A stretch of 64,000 nt of DNA, taken from positions 192,001 through 256,000 of the forward strand of contig CAVWWD010000005.1 in the NCBI GenBank assembly GCA_963758635.1. The letters run 5' to 3'. Source of the stretch: an uncultured Candidatus Rokubacteria bacterium. Lineage in GTDB: Bacteria; Methylomirabilota; Methylomirabilia; Rokubacteriales; CSP1-6. The notes beneath the pieces are model-generated. The model was not told the origin of the DNA, did not search any database, and worked only from the letters and a program-made list of their open reading frames with translations. A program made the position numbers and the translations under genes. Positions 1 to 11,089 of this stretch are shown piece by piece. Within the stretch, counting starts at the first letter, position 1; every line of letters begins with the position of its first letter.

Positions 1-1
1 C

Positions 2-385
2 GAGGCGCGGCGGATCGACGATCCCGTGCCGCAGCCGCCCACCGCGCTCGCGGGCCGGCGGCTCCTCGCCTTCGCGGGGCTCGGCTCGCCGCGCGGGTTC
101 CCCGAGACGCTCGCCGGCGCGGGCGTGGCCGTGGCCGACTTCGTGACGTTCCCCGACCACCACTGGTACGAGGCGGGTGACCTCGAGCAGCTTGCCGTCC
201 GCGCCCGCGCCGTGGGAGCCGAAGGGCTGGTCACCACGGAGAAGGACTGGGTGCGGCTGCGCGATCTCCCGCCGCCCGCCGTGCCGCTCTGGGTGCTCGC
301 GGTGAAGATGTCGCTCGACTGGAATCGCGAGGCCTGGGTGCGCGTCCTGCGCGGCGTCCCGTCGGCGTCCCTCGCCGAGCGGTGA
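2..385 (+). CDS. lpxK: Tetraacyldisaccharide 4'-kinase, C-terminal part (5' end outside window)
   Basis: LAFAGLGSP..F, FPDHHWY and LVTTEKDWVRL motifs of the LpxK C-terminal domain; upstream of heptosyltransferase. Confidence 0.85.
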   Translation, partial: EARRIDDPVPQPPTALAGRRLLAFAGLGSPRGFPETLAGAGVAVADFVTFPDHHWYEAGDLEQLAVRARAVGAEGLVTTEKDWVRLRDLPPPAVPLWVLAVKMSLDWNREAWVRVLRGVPSASLAER

Positions 386-412
386 CGCGCGGATGAGGGC
401 ATCGCCGCGGGC

Positions 413-1414
413 GTGACCTCCACGGTGGTCGTCCGCGCCCCCAACTGGCTGGGCGACACGGTCATGGCCATGCCGGCGCTCGTGGCGTTGCGCGCGGCTC
501 ATGCCGATGCCCGGATCGTGGTGGTGGGACGCTGGGCCGAGGTCCTCCGCGGCCAGGCCGTGGCCGATGTCCTCGTCGCGTACCCGCGGGACGGCGCGCG
601 CCGAAGGCGCGTGGCGCGCGCCCTGGCCGCCGATCCCGCCGACGTCGCGATCGTGCTCGCCGGGTCCTTCGAGGCCGCGCTCGCCGCCCGGCGGTGGCGG
701 GCGCGCCGGCGCATCGGGTTCGACACGGATGCGCGCGGCGCGCTCCTGACCGACGCCCTCCCGCTGCCCGCTCCCCGCCCGCATCAGGTGGACGAGTACC
801 GCGCGCTCGTCCAGGCCCTGGGCGTCCACGCGGAGGACAGCCGACCCGCGCTCACGCCTGTTCACGACGCCGCGGCGGAGGCCGAGGTCGCAGCGCTCCT
901 CGTGGCCGCCGGCCTTCCGACCGGCGCGCGCGCGGTCGGCCTGCACATCGGGGCCTCGGGCGGACCAGCGAAGCTCTGGCCGGCCGACCGGTTCGCACGG
1001 GTCGCCGACGGCCTGGCGCGCTCCGGCCTCCGCGTCCTCGTCCTGGGCGCTCCCGAGGACGCGGCGCGCGCGGCATCCGTGGGTTCCGCGGCGGCGACCA
1101 AGCCGGTCTCGCTGGTGGGACGGGACCGTCCCGCGCTCCTCCCGCATCTGCTCGCGCGCCTGGCCTGCCTGGTCAGCGGGGACACCGGTGTCGCGCATCT
1201 GGCCGCCGCCCTCGGCGTGCCCACGGTGACGCTGTTCGGACCGACGGACCCGCGGCTCAGCGCGCCGCGCGGGCGAGCCGCCTCGCGGGTCCTGACCGGG
1301 CCGGCGCCGTGCGCGCCGTGCTTTCGCTCCACGTGCCCGATCGAGCACGTGTGCATGCGCGCGATCGACGCCGACGCGGTGGCCGCGTCCGCGCGGGCGA
1401 TCGTGCCCGCATGA
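413..1414 (+). CDS. waaF: Lipopolysaccharide heptosyltransferase II (GT9)
   Basis: VRAPNWLGDTVMAMP N-terminus, DTGVAHLAAALGVPTVTLFGPT, C-terminal CAPCF..CP..H.CM. Confidence 0.85.
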   Translation: MTSTVVVRAPNWLGDTVMAMPALVALRAAHADARIVVVGRWAEVLRGQAVADVLVAYPRDGARRRRVARALAADPADVAIVLAGSFEAALAARRWRARRRIGFDTDARGALLTDALPLPAPRPHQVDEYRALVQALGVHAEDSRPALTPVHDAAAEAEVAALLVAAGLPTGARAVGLHIGASGGPAKLWPADRFARVADGLARSGLRVLVLGAPEDAARAASVGSAAATKPVSLVGRDRPALLPHLLARLACLVSGDTGVAHLAAALGVPTVTLFGPTDPRLSAPRGRAASRVLTGPAPCAPCFRSTCPIEHVCMRAIDADAVAASARAIVPA

Positions 1415-2517
1415 GGGCGGTGCTCCACACCGAGTCCTCGACCGGGCTCGGGGGGCAGGAGATCCGCACCCTCGACGAGGCGCGGTGGACCGCGGAGCGC
1501 GGCTGGCGCGTCATCCTCGCCGTGCAGGCGGGAGGCGCGCTCGGCCCGCGCGCGCGCGCCGCGGGCGTCGAGGCGGTGGACGTCGCCATGCGGGGGCCGT
1601 GGGACGTGACGGCGGTCGGGCGGCTCGTCTCCCTGATCCGCCGCGAGCACGTGTCGATCGTGCACACCCACAGCTCGATCGACGGCTGGGTGGCCGGCGT
1701 GGCCGCCCGCGTCGCCCGGGTCCCGGTGGTGCGCACCCGTCACGTCTCGATCCCGATCCGCGCGGGGTGGAATCCCGTCTACACGCGTCTGGCCGATCGC
1801 GTCGTCACGAGCGGCGAGGCCATTCGCTCGCTCGTGGTCGCGGCGGGCGTGCGCCCCGAGCGCGTGGTCGCCATCCCGGCGGGCGTCAGCCTGACCGACT
1901 TCACGGCCGAGCAGGCGGCCGCGCGCGCCGGCGCGCGCGGCCCCCTGATGCGGTCGCTCGGCCTCGTCCCGCCCGTCATCGGCTCGGTGGCCATGTTCCG
2001 CGGCTCCAAGGGCCACGACCACCTCCTTGAAGCGTTCCGCCTGCTCCGCGCCGCGGTACCATCGGCCCGGCTGCTGCTGGTCGGCGACGGCATCCGCAGG
2101 CAGTGGGCCGAGGACGTGGCGCGCGACAAGGGGGTGGCGGACGCGGTGACCTTCGCGGGGTTCCGGAGCGACGTGCCGGCCCTCCTCGGCACGATGGACT
2201 GCTTCGTGCTCGCCTCCACGCGCACGGAGGGCGTGCCGCAGTCGCTCCTGCAGGCCTTCGCCGCCGGTGTGCCCGTGGTCGCCAGCCGCATCGGCGGTAT
2301 CCCCGAGGTGGTGACGGACGGGGTCACCGGGCTCCTCGTGCCCCCCGGCGAGCCGACCGCGCTCGCCGGGGCTCTGCGCTCCGTCCTCGACGATCCGGCC
2401 GCCGCCCGGAGCCGTGCCGATCGCGCCCGCGGCATGGCCGAGGAGCGCTTCTCCCACCGCGCCTCGGTGGGGCGGCTGCTCGCGCTCTACGAGGAGCTCC
2501 TGGACGGAGAGCCATGA
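1411..2517 (+). CDS. Glycosyltransferase family 4
   Basis: ATG overlaps waaF stop; HTESS.G.GGQE, HTHSS.D, EGVPQSLLQAFAAGVPVVASRIGGIPE. Confidence 0.85.
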   Translation: MRAVLHTESSTGLGGQEIRTLDEARWTAERGWRVILAVQAGGALGPRARAAGVEAVDVAMRGPWDVTAVGRLVSLIRREHVSIVHTHSSIDGWVAGVAARVARVPVVRTRHVSIPIRAGWNPVYTRLADRVVTSGEAIRSLVVAAGVRPERVVAIPAGVSLTDFTAEQAAARAGARGPLMRSLGLVPPVIGSVAMFRGSKGHDHLLEAFRLLRAAVPSARLLLVGDGIRRQWAEDVARDKGVADAVTFAGFRSDVPALLGTMDCFVLASTRTEGVPQSLLQAFAAGVPVVASRIGGIPEVVTDGVTGLLVPPGEPTALAGALRSVLDDPAAARSRADRARGMAEERFSHRASVGRLLALYEELLDGEP

Positions 2518-3680
2518 CACGCCCCCTGAGCGTGCTCCACCTCGTGGCCAATCGGTGGTGGACGGGCAGCGCCGATCCGGTGATCCGGCTGGTCCAGGGA
2601 CTGCGCGCGCGCGGGCACCGCGTCGAGCTGGGCCTGATCCCCGGCGACCGCTTCGAGGACAAGGCGCGCGAGGCGGGCATCGCGCCGGTCGCCGGGCTCT
2701 CGCTCGAGCCGCGGTTCGACCCCGTGGGCCTGGCCCGCGACGTGGCCCGCGTCCGGCGCCTCGTACGCGTGGCCGCGGTGGACGTCGTCCACGTCCACCA
2801 TTCCCACGACCACTGGCTGGGCGCGCTCGGCCACGGCGGCGCCGCCCTCGTGCGCACGTTCCACAACCAGCGCTCCGTGCGCCTGGGATGGGCCTCGCGC
2901 GCGCTCTACCGCCGGGCCGACGCCGTGGTCGCGGTCAGCGAGCCGATCGAGGCGCGCTGCCGTCGCGCGGGCGTCGCATCCTCGCGCGTGAGGCGCGTGG
3001 GAGGCGTGGTGGACGTCGACCGTTTCGTCTCGGACGCGGGCGCGGCCGACGTGCGCCGCGAGGTCGGCGCCGGCGCCGGCCCGGTGATCGGCTGCGTCGC
3101 GCGGCTCGCCCACGATCGCGGCCACGACGCGCTCATCCGCGGCTTCCAGCAATTCCTCGGCGCGGCGCCCGGCGCGCGGCTCCTCCTGGTGGGAAAAGGG
3201 GAGGCGCGCGAGCGTCTCCAGGGGCTGGTGACCTCGCTCGGGCTCTCGGGGCGCGCGATCTTCACCGGCTATCGCGACGCCGACCTGCCCGCCGTGCTCC
3301 ACGCGCTCGACGCCTTCGTCCTCATGGGCGCGGGGTCGGACGAGTCGTGCCGGGCCGCGCTGGAAGCGATGGCGGCAGGGCGCCCCGTCATCGCCCGGCG
3401 CGTCGGCGCGCTCCCCGACGCCGTCGAGGCCGGCGTGACCGGCCTGCTGCTCGACGACGACCGGCCGGAGACGGTGGCCGCCGCGCTCGGCGCCGTGCTC
3501 GCCGATCCCGCGCGGGCCCGCGCGATGGGCGCGGCCGGCCGGGCGCGCGCTCGTCGCGAGTTCTCTCCGGAGCGCCATGCCGCCGACGTGGAGGCCATCT
3601 ACCTCGGCGCGACCGGCGGCACGGCCGCCGAGGCGCCCGAGCGGGCGGGCACGGCCCGGGCCTCCCGGGGCGACGCGTGA
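2514..3680 (+). CDS. Glycosyltransferase family 4
   Basis: ATGA-coupled start; GT-B motif DESCRAALEAMAAGRPVIARRVGALPD. Confidence 0.85.
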   Translation: MTRPLSVLHLVANRWWTGSADPVIRLVQGLRARGHRVELGLIPGDRFEDKAREAGIAPVAGLSLEPRFDPVGLARDVARVRRLVRVAAVDVVHVHHSHDHWLGALGHGGAALVRTFHNQRSVRLGWASRALYRRADAVVAVSEPIEARCRRAGVASSRVRRVGGVVDVDRFVSDAGAADVRREVGAGAGPVIGCVARLAHDRGHDALIRGFQQFLGAAPGARLLLVGKGEARERLQGLVTSLGLSGRAIFTGYRDADLPAVLHALDAFVLMGAGSDESCRAALEAMAAGRPVIARRVGALPDAVEAGVTGLLLDDDRPETVAAALGAVLADPARARAMGAAGRARARREFSPERHAADVEAIYLGATGGTAAEAPERAGTARASRGDA

Positions 3681-4801
3681 CGATCCGCCATCTGATGTCG
3701 TGTCAGGGCTGGTCGTCGGACGCGTACTGGGCCGCGCGCATCTCCGCCGAGCTCGAGCGGGCCGGCCACCGCGTGTCTCTCGTGTGCAAGCGGGGCAGCG
3801 AAGCGCGCGTCATCGAGCGCGCCCGCGCGATGGGCGCGCCGGCGCAGGAGACGCTGGCCTTCGCGAGCGGGTTTCACCCGGCGAACGACACCGTCGACCT
3901 GCGGCGGCTCATGGGCTGGCTCCGCTCGACCGACGTGGTGCACGTGCACCGGGGCAAGGAGCACTGGCTCGCCGCCCTCGCCAACCGGCTGTCGCCGACC
4001 CCGCGGCCCCTCTTCCGCACGCGGCACATCGTGCAGCCGATTCGCCCGCACGCCCTCAATCGCTGGCTCTACCAGCGCGCCACCTCGATGGTGATCACGG
4101 TGACGGAGGCGATCCGCCGCCAGTACGTGGCCGCCGAGCTGGTCGACCCGGCGCGCGTGGTCGCGCTCCCGGGGGGCGTGGACCTCGCGCGCTTCCACCC
4201 CGCAGTCGACGCCCGGCCGTTCCGCGCGAGCCTCGCCGCGCCGGACGGCGTGCCCGTCGTCGGCCTGGTGGCCGGCTTCCGGGTGATGAAGGGCCACGCC
4301 GTGACCATCCGGGCGGCGACGGAGCTGGCGCGGCGCGGCCGCCGTTTCCATCTGGCCTTCGTGGGACGGGGCCGCATGGAGGGCGAGGTCCGCGACGCGG
4401 TGGCGGCGGCGGGCCTCGGCGATCGCGTCTCGCTGGCCGGGTTCGTCGACGACATCCCGGGCGCGATCGCCGCGTTCGACGTGGCGCTCTACCCGGCGCT
4501 GGAGTCCGAAGGCATGTCACGCGTCCTCTTCGAGTACCTGGCGATGGCGCGGCCCGTCGTGGCGAGCCGGGTCGGGGTGGTGTCGGAGGTGCTCCGCGAC
4601 GGGGCGAACGCGCTGCTGGTGCCGGCGGGCGAGCCGTCCGCCCTCGCCGACGCGATCGATCGCCTCCTCGTGGACGCGGCTCTCCGCCGGCGCCTCGGCG
4701 CGGCCGCGGCCGCCCTCTGCGCCCGGGATGTCTCCGGCTCGCAGGTCGCCGAGCGCCTCGCCGGCCTCTACGCCCGCGCGCTCGCCCGGCCCGTGCCATG
4801 A
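3677..4801 (+). CDS. Glycosyltransferase family 4
   Basis: GTGA-coupled start; SEGMSRVLFEYLAMARPVVASRVG. Confidence 0.85.
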   Translation: MTIRHLMSCQGWSSDAYWAARISAELERAGHRVSLVCKRGSEARVIERARAMGAPAQETLAFASGFHPANDTVDLRRLMGWLRSTDVVHVHRGKEHWLAALANRLSPTPRPLFRTRHIVQPIRPHALNRWLYQRATSMVITVTEAIRRQYVAAELVDPARVVALPGGVDLARFHPAVDARPFRASLAAPDGVPVVGLVAGFRVMKGHAVTIRAATELARRGRRFHLAFVGRGRMEGEVRDAVAAAGLGDRVSLAGFVDDIPGAIAAFDVALYPALESEGMSRVLFEYLAMARPVVASRVGVVSEVLRDGANALLVPAGEPSALADAIDRLLVDAALRRRLGAAAAALCARDVSGSQVAERLAGLYARALARPVP

Positions 4802-4841
4802 CGATCTCGACGTGCCGCGCCGCGTACGCCGTCCGCCCGGC

Positions 4842-5969
4842 ATGAAGATCTCCGTCCTCTGCTTCGATCTCTCCGACAACGCGGCGGGCCGCGCCGACCT
4901 CCTGGCCCGGCTCGTGTCGCCGCTCGGCGAGGTGGAGGTGCTCGGCCCCCAGGCCGGACCGGTCTGGGCGCCCGTGGCCACGGAGGGGGTGCGCTACGTC
5001 GGCGTGCCCGGACGCCGCTGGCCGGGCTTCGTCGCGACGCTGCGGGCCCTGCTGGATCGCGCCGACGGCGACCTCATCTACGCCTCCAAGCCGCGGCTGG
5101 CGAGCGCGGGGACCGGGTACCTCAAGCGTCTCCGCGCGCGGCGTCCGCTCGTGCTCGACATCGACGACTGGGAGGTCGGCTTCTTCCTCCGTGGCGGCTT
5201 CTGGGGAACGGTGGGTCGCGCCGCCAACCTCGGCAACCCCGCGGGGCTGCCGTGGACGTGGCTGATGGAGCGTCTGGCTCACACCGCGGACGCGATCACC
5301 GTGGCCTCCCGCTTTCTGGAAGAGCGCTTCGGCGGCCTCCTCGTCCCGCACGTGCGGGACACCGACGCGTGGCAGCCCGGCGCCGCCGACCCCGCGCCGG
5401 CCCGGAAGCGCCTCGGCATCCAGGACGAGCGCCTGGTGCTCTTCCTCGGCACGCCGCGCGGCTACAAGGGTGTGGAGGACCTTTGCCGCGCGGTGTCGTC
5501 GATCGGGCGGAAGGACGTGGTGCTGGGCGTCGTCGGCGCCGACCCCGACGGCGCCACCGCGCGGCGGCTCCGTTCGATCGATCCCGGGGTCCGCGTGATC
5601 GAGCCGGTGCCGTTGCACGAGGTGCCGGCCTTCCTCGAGGCGGCGAGCGTGGTCGCCGCGCCCCAGCGCGACACCAGCGACACGCGCGGCCAGGTGCCGG
5701 CGAAGATCTTCGACGCGATGGCGCTCGGACGGCCGATCGTGTCCACGCGGGTGTCGATGATTCCGGAGATCCTCGAGGGGTGCGGCGCGCTGGTCGCCCC
5801 GGGCGATGCGGCCGCGCTGGCCGCGGCCGTGACGCGCCTGGTTGACGACGCCGCGGAGGCCCGGGCGCTCGGCGCGCGGGCGCGCGCCCGGTGCGTCGAG
5901 CGCTACAGCTTCGCCACCGCGCGCCGCACGCTGCTCCCCCTGCTGCAGGGCCTCGCCGGCGCGCGGTGA
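4842..5969 (+). CDS. Glycosyltransferase family 4
   Basis: PAKIFDAMALGRPIVSTRVSMIPE motif. Confidence 0.8.
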   Translation: MKISVLCFDLSDNAAGRADLLARLVSPLGEVEVLGPQAGPVWAPVATEGVRYVGVPGRRWPGFVATLRALLDRADGDLIYASKPRLASAGTGYLKRLRARRPLVLDIDDWEVGFFLRGGFWGTVGRAANLGNPAGLPWTWLMERLAHTADAITVASRFLEERFGGLLVPHVRDTDAWQPGAADPAPARKRLGIQDERLVLFLGTPRGYKGVEDLCRAVSSIGRKDVVLGVVGADPDGATARRLRSIDPGVRVIEPVPLHEVPAFLEAASVVAAPQRDTSDTRGQVPAKIFDAMALGRPIVSTRVSMIPEILEGCGALVAPGDAAALAAAVTRLVDDAAEARALGARARARCVERYSFATARRTLLPLLQGLAGAR

Positions 5970-7070
5970 GGATCGGGCTCGTCTGCCGGCCGTTCTCGTT
6001 CCACGGCGGCGTCGAGACCGCCACGGCCGGGCTCATGACGGAGATGGTCCGGCGCGGATACCAGGTCGAGCTCCTCACGACCGCCGCGCAGGGCCCGGTC
6101 CCCGGCGTCTCGATCCGACGGCTCCCGGTCCTTGAGGGCCCTCGCCTGGCTCGTCTGCTCTCGTTCTCCTTCGCCGCGCTCCGGGCGGGACGCGCCGGGA
6201 CGTACGACGTCCTCCAGAGCCACGAGCGCGGCCTCGCCCAGGAACGTCTACCGGGCGGGGGAGGGGACGCATCGCGGATACCTCGAGGCCACCGGCCGCC
6301 GCGGGGCTCGTGCGAGTCCGTATCACCGGACAGTCATCTGGCTGGAAAGGCGTATCTTCAGCCTCCGGTCGGCGCGACACGTCGTGGCGATCTCCCAGGC
6401 CGGCCTCCGCGAGATGGCGCGGCTCTACGGAACACCCCGCGACGGCGCGACCCTCGTGTACAACGGCGTGGACCTCGAGCGCTTCCACCCCGACACCCGC
6501 GCGCGCCTCGGCGGCGAGGTGCGCGCGTCCCTCGGCCTGCCGTCGGGCGCGTGGGTGGTGCTCTTCGTCGGCTCCGGCTTCGAGCGGAAGGGGCTCGGCC
6601 CGCTGGTGGAGGCGATGGCGCGGATCGGTGATGCGCGCGCATGGCTCGCCGTGGCCGGGAAGGGCCACGCGGAGCCGTACCAGCGCGACGCCGAGCGTCT
6701 CGGCCTCGGCGGGCGTGTCGTGTGGCTCGGCGCTCGGCCGGACGTCGAGCGGCTCTACGCCGCCGCCGACGTCGTCGCGCTCCCGGCCCGGTACGAGCCG
6801 TTCGGCAACGTGCACCTCGAGGCGTTGGCCTCCGGCGTGCCCGTGCTGTCGAGCGCGCGAGCCGGCGGATCGGAGCTGATCAGGACGGGCGACAACGGCT
6901 GGGTCGTCGGGGAGGTGACTCCCGCCCTGATCGCGGACGGCCTCGACCGGCTCCGCGAGAGCGATCCCACCCGGCTCTCGGCGGCGGCGCGGCGATCCGC
7001 CGAGCCCTTCACCTACGCGGCCCAGGTGGACGCCTTCACGACGATCCATCGCCGGCTCGTTCGTCCGTGA
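5966..7070 (+). CDS. WaaG/RfaG-like GT4 glycosyltransferase, +1 frameshift at ~6243 (likely sequencing error)
   Basis: Removing one A gives SHERGLAQDVYRAGEGTH; C-terminal YEPFGNVHLEALASGVPV. Confidence 0.75.
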
Positions 7071-7115
7071 GCCCTCGGGGACGTTTCGAGAGGATCGCAG
7101 AAGCATGGATTTTCA

Positions 7116-7144
7116 TTGATCAATCTGGTGGCTGGCATTACACT
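7116..7144 (+). promoter_or_regulatory. Sigma70-type promoter of gmhB (probably leaderless)
   Basis: TTGATC-17 bp-TACACT, ATG 8 nt downstream, no SD. Confidence 0.5.
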
Positions 7145-7152
7145 GCCTCACG

Positions 7153-7738
7153 ATGCCCGGACGACCCGCGGTGTTCATCGACCGTGACGGCTGCCTCACC
7201 GAGGAAGTGGGATACGTCAATCACGTCAGCCGGATCCGGCTCCTGCCGCGGAGCGCCGAGGCGGTCCGGAGGCTGAACGAGGCTGGCCTCCCGGCGGTGG
7301 TGGTGACGAACCAGGCAGGAATCGCCAAGTCGTACTTCAGCGAGGCCGTGCTCGAGGCGGTGAACGAGGAGGCTCGCCGGCAGCTCGGGAAGGGCCGCGC
7401 GCGGCTCGACGGGCTCTACGTGTGCACGCACCATCCCGACGAAGGCGAGCCGCCCTTCCGCGCCGACTGCGATTGCCGGAAGCCGCGGCCCGGCCTCTTG
7501 CTTCGCGCCGCGCGGGACCTCGATCTCGACCTGGGCGCGTCCGTGGTCATCGGAGACAAGATGTCGGAACGTCGCCACCGCGCGCGCGGTGGGCGCGGCG
7601 GGCGTCCTCGTGCTCACCGGGTACGGCCGCGGCGAGTGGGAGCACCGGCGCCACCTCTGGACCGACAAGCCGGACCACGTCGCCGACGATCTGCTCGAGG
7701 CCGTCGAGTGGGTCCTGGCCCGGCGGGCTCACCAATGA
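7153..7738 (+). CDS. gmhB: D-glycero-D-manno-heptose 1,7-bisphosphate phosphatase, +1 frameshift at ~7568
   Basis: FIDRDG, VVTNQAGIA, C.HHP, CDCRKP; after correction GDKMSDV..VLVLTGYG. Confidence 0.85.
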
Positions 7739-7814
7739 GCCCCGCGCATCAGACTAACGCCGAGCGGTGGGACTGTAGAGGCCCGTGGCGGTGACCGCAT
7801 TCTGCGAGGGTCAC
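7735..7814 (+). repeat. 80-bp MITE-like repeat family 1, copy 1
   Basis: Near-identical to copies at 32600, 32682, 40752 and 42580; imperfect terminal IRs; followed by TAG. Confidence 0.85.
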
Positions 7815-7822
7815 TAGACGCC

Positions 7823-8830
7823 ATGTCGCGGGTGCCGGCGCGGGGGCTCGTCGAGCTGTCCGGGCGCGTCGCGGGGCGGCGCGTGGTCGTGGTCGGCGAC
7901 CTCATCGTCGACGAGTACCTCTACGGCAAGCCCGCGCGGATCTCCCGCGAGGCGCCGGTGCTCATCCTGCGCTTCACCGAGCGCGAGGTGAAGCTGGGCG
8001 GCGCCGCCAACGCCGCCCATAACGTGCAGGCGCTCGGCGCGGTCGCCATGCCGGTCGGCTGGGTGGGATCCGATGGCCCCGGGACCGACGTGAAGCGGCT
8101 GTTCGCCCAGGCGGGCATCGACCCGAGCGGCGTCGTCACCACCGAGGACCGCCCGACGCCAGTGAAGACGCGGATCATGGCCGGCGGCTACGAGTCCACG
8201 CGCCAGCAGGTGGTGCGGCTGGACCGCGAGCCGGAGGCCGCGCCGTCGCCCGACGCGGAGGACGCGCTGATCGAGCGGCTCCACGCGGTGGGCGTGGACG
8301 CCGACGCCTTCATCGTCTCGGACTACGGCTACGGCGCGGCGAGCCCGCGCGTCTTCGCCACCGTGCTCGAGCTGGCGCGGCGGCGCGACGCCATCGTCAC
8401 CGTGGACAGCCGCTACGACCTGCTGCGCTTCCCAGGCGTGACCGCGGCCACGCCCAACGAGCCGGAGGTGGAGGCGCTCACCGGCCAGGAGCTCGCCGAC
8501 GAGCACGACATCGAGAAGGCGGGGCGCCGGGTGCTCGGCGACCTCGGCGCGCGCTTTCTTCTGGTCACGCGCGGCAGCCGGGGCATGGCGCTCCTCGAGC
8601 GCGACGGGCCCGTCACGCTCCTGCCCATCCACGGGAGCGACCAGATCGCGGACGTGACGGGCGCCGGCGACACCGTGATCAGCGCGTTCACGGTGGCCCT
8701 CGCCTCGGGCGCGTCTCCGCTCCTGGCCGCCTGGCTGGCCAACATCGCCGGCGGCGTCGTGGTGATGAAACGCGGGACCGCGACCGTATCGCCGCACGAG
8801 CTCCGGCAGGCCCTGACCCCCCCGCGATGA
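7823..8830 (+). CDS. rfaE1: D-glycero-beta-D-manno-heptose-7-phosphate kinase (HldE domain I, PfkB family)
   Basis: [37 protein letters not shown]. Confidence 0.85.
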   Translation: MSRVPARGLVELSGRVAGRRVVVVGDLIVDEYLYGKPARISREAPVLILRFTEREVKLGGAANAAHNVQALGAVAMPVGWVGSDGPGTDVKRLFAQAGIDPSGVVTTEDRPTPVKTRIMAGGYESTRQQVVRLDREPEAAPSPDAEDALIERLHAVGVDADAFIVSDYGYGAASPRVFATVLELARRRDAIVTVDSRYDLLRFPGVTAATPNEPEVEALTGQELADEHDIEKAGRRVLGDLGARFLLVTRGSRGMALLERDGPVTLLPIHGSDQIADVTGAGDTVISAFTVALASGASPLLAAWLANIAGGVVVMKRGTATVSPHELRQALTPPR

Positions 8831-9303
8831 TCAATGTTGACGACGCCGTCCGCCTGGCCGAGTCGTGGCGCGGGCAGGGCAAGCGTGTCGTCCTCGCCAA
8901 CGGCTGCTTCGATCTCCTCCACGTGGGGCATGTCCGCTACCTCGAAGGCGCGCGGGCGCTCGGCGACGTCCTCCTCGTGGCGATCAATGACGACGCCTCG
9001 GTGCGCCGCCTGAAGGGACCGGGCCGGCCGATCATGCCCGCGGTCGAGCGGGCGGAGCTGCTCGCCGCGCTCACCGTGGTCGACGCCGTCTGCGTCTTCG
9101 AGGGCGACACGGTGGACACGCTCGTGCGCCGGCTCCGGCCCGACGTGCACGCCAAGGGCACCGACTACACGGAGGACAGCGTGCCCGAGCGGGAGACCGT
9201 CCGCGCCGCCGGCGGGCGGGTGGCGATCGCCGGCGACCCCAAGGACCACTCGACGCGCGACCTGATCGCCGACATCGTGGCGCGCTTCGGAGGCGACCGG
9301 TGA
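8827..9303 (+). CDS. rfaE2: Heptose 1-phosphate adenylyltransferase (HldE domain II)
   Basis: [26 protein letters not shown]. Confidence 0.88.
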   Translation: MINVDDAVRLAESWRGQGKRVVLANGCFDLLHVGHVRYLEGARALGDVLLVAINDDASVRRLKGPGRPIMPAVERAELLAALTVVDAVCVFEGDTVDTLVRRLRPDVHAKGTDYTEDSVPERETVRAAGGRVAIAGDPKDHSTRDLIADIVARFGGDR

Positions 9304-10325
9304 CCGCGCGCCCGCTCCCGGACCGGCCGCGGATCGCCATCGTGAAGCTCTCCGCGCTCGGCGACGTGATCCACGCGCTTCCGGTGGCCCGGGCTCTCCG
9401 CCGCCATCTCCCCGGGGCGTGGCTCACGTGGATCGTGGAGGCGCGCGAGCTCGCGCTCATCCGCGATCACCCCGACATCGATCGCGTGCTCCCGGTGGAC
9501 ACCCGGCGGTGGCGCCGGGTCCTGTGGCGGCCGGCCGGCGCGCGCGAGGTGTGGGGCAAGCTCGGGCGGCTCCGCGCCCGCGCGAGCCGCTTCGACGTCA
9601 CCATCGACCTGCAGGGCGTGCTCAAGAGCGGGCTCCTCACCGGCTACACGGGCGCGCCGCTGCGCATCGGGTTCGCCCGCTCGCACTGCCGCGACCTGAG
9701 CTGGCTCTTCACCAATCGCCACGTGACGCCGCCCGCCGACGCCGTCCACGTGGTGGACCAGTACCTCTCGCTCCTGGCCCCGCTCGGCGTGCCGCGCGCC
9801 GCGCCCGAGTTCGAGATCCCGCGACGCCCCGCCGCCGACCGGACCATCGGCGAGTTCCTCGGCGAGCGCGGCTTCAAGTCCAGCGATCGCATCGTCGCGC
9901 TCAACCCCGGCGCGGGCCGCCCGGGCAAGCGCTGGCCCGTGGCGCACTTCCGGCGGCTCGCCGAGCGGCTCGGGACGGAGGCGGAGGCGCGGGTGCTCCT
10001 CCTGTGGGGCCCGGACGAGATCCACATGGCGCGCCAGATCGGCGAGGGCCTCTCCGTGCGGCCGGTGCTCGCGCCCCCGACCGACCTCGACGAGCTCGCC
10101 GCGCTCCTCCGGCGCTGCTCGCTGATGGTGGCGGGCGACACGGGTCCGCTCCACCTGTCCGCCGCGGTGGGCACGCCCACGCTCGGCCTCTTCGGCCCCA
10201 CGCGCGCCGAGCGCAACGGCCCCTACGGCGCGCGCTGCACGGGGCTCCAGAGCGCGGACGGGACCATGAACGGTCTCGGTCCCGACGCGGTGTTCGAGGC
10301 GGCGTGCCGGCTCCTGCCCACGTGA
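9300..10325 (+). CDS. waaC: Lipopolysaccharide heptosyltransferase I (GT9)
   Basis: [30 protein letters not shown]. Confidence 0.85.
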   Translation: MTARPLPDRPRIAIVKLSALGDVIHALPVARALRRHLPGAWLTWIVEARELALIRDHPDIDRVLPVDTRRWRRVLWRPAGAREVWGKLGRLRARASRFDVTIDLQGVLKSGLLTGYTGAPLRIGFARSHCRDLSWLFTNRHVTPPADAVHVVDQYLSLLAPLGVPRAAPEFEIPRRPAADRTIGEFLGERGFKSSDRIVALNPGAGRPGKRWPVAHFRRLAERLGTEAEARVLLLWGPDEIHMARQIGEGLSVRPVLAPPTDLDELAALLRRCSLMVAGDTGPLHLSAAVGTPTLGLFGPTRAERNGPYGARCTGLQSADGTMNGLGPDAVFEAACRLLPT

Positions 10326-11089
10326 CCCGCCTGTCGGTGACCGTGGTGACGTGGAACGAGGAGTCGCGGCTGCGCGCCTGCCTCGAGAGCGCGGCGTGGG
10401 CCGACGAGATCGTCGTGGTCGACGCGGAGTCCACGGACAAGACGGTGGCGGTGGCCCGCGAGTTCACCGACCGGATCTGGGTGCGCCCGTGGCCGGGCTT
10501 CGTCGCCCAGAAGAACTTCGCGGTGGAGCACGCGGCGGGGGACTGGGTGCTGTCGCTCGACGCCGACGAGCAGGTCACGCCCGAGCTCCGCCGGCGCGTC
10601 ACGGAGATCCTCGACGCCGACGGCCCGGGCGATGGGTACTCGGTGCCGCGCCGGAACATCTTCTGGGGCGCGTGGGTGCGCCACGGCGGCCTCTATCCCG
10701 ACCACCAGCTCCGGCTCTTCCGTCGCCGGGCCGGGCGGTTCGCGGGCGACGGCGTGCACGAGTCGGTGCAGGTGGACGGCCGCGTGGAGCGCGTGTCCGA
10801 GCCGCTGCTCCACCACTCCTACCGCGGGCTCGAGGACTTCGTGGAGCGCTCGAACCGCTACTCCACGCTCGCCGCGCGCGACTGGGTCCGCCGCGGCCGG
10901 CGCGTGCGGCTCGGCCACCTCATCTTCCGGCCGCTCGGCCGCTTCCTGTCGATGTACATTATCCGCCTGGGCTTCCTGGACGGCTGGCGCGGTCTCGTGC
11001 TCGCCATCCTCTACGCCGACTACGTCTTCCTGCGCATGGCCAAGGCCTGGGAGAGTCAGAGCGCCACCATGGACACGAGCGAGCGATGA
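10322..11089 (+). CDS. Glycosyltransferase family 2 (WaaE/KdtX-like)
   Basis: NEE..L..CL.S, QKNFA, LSLDADE, GFLDGW.G. Confidence 0.8.
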   Translation: MTRLSVTVVTWNEESRLRACLESAAWADEIVVVDAESTDKTVAVAREFTDRIWVRPWPGFVAQKNFAVEHAAGDWVLSLDADEQVTPELRRRVTEILDADGPGDGYSVPRRNIFWGAWVRHGGLYPDHQLRLFRRRAGRFAGDGVHESVQVDGRVERVSEPLLHHSYRGLEDFVERSNRYSTLAARDWVRRGRRVRLGHLIFRPLGRFLSMYIIRLGFLDGWRGLVLAILYADYVFLRMAKAWESQSATMDTSER

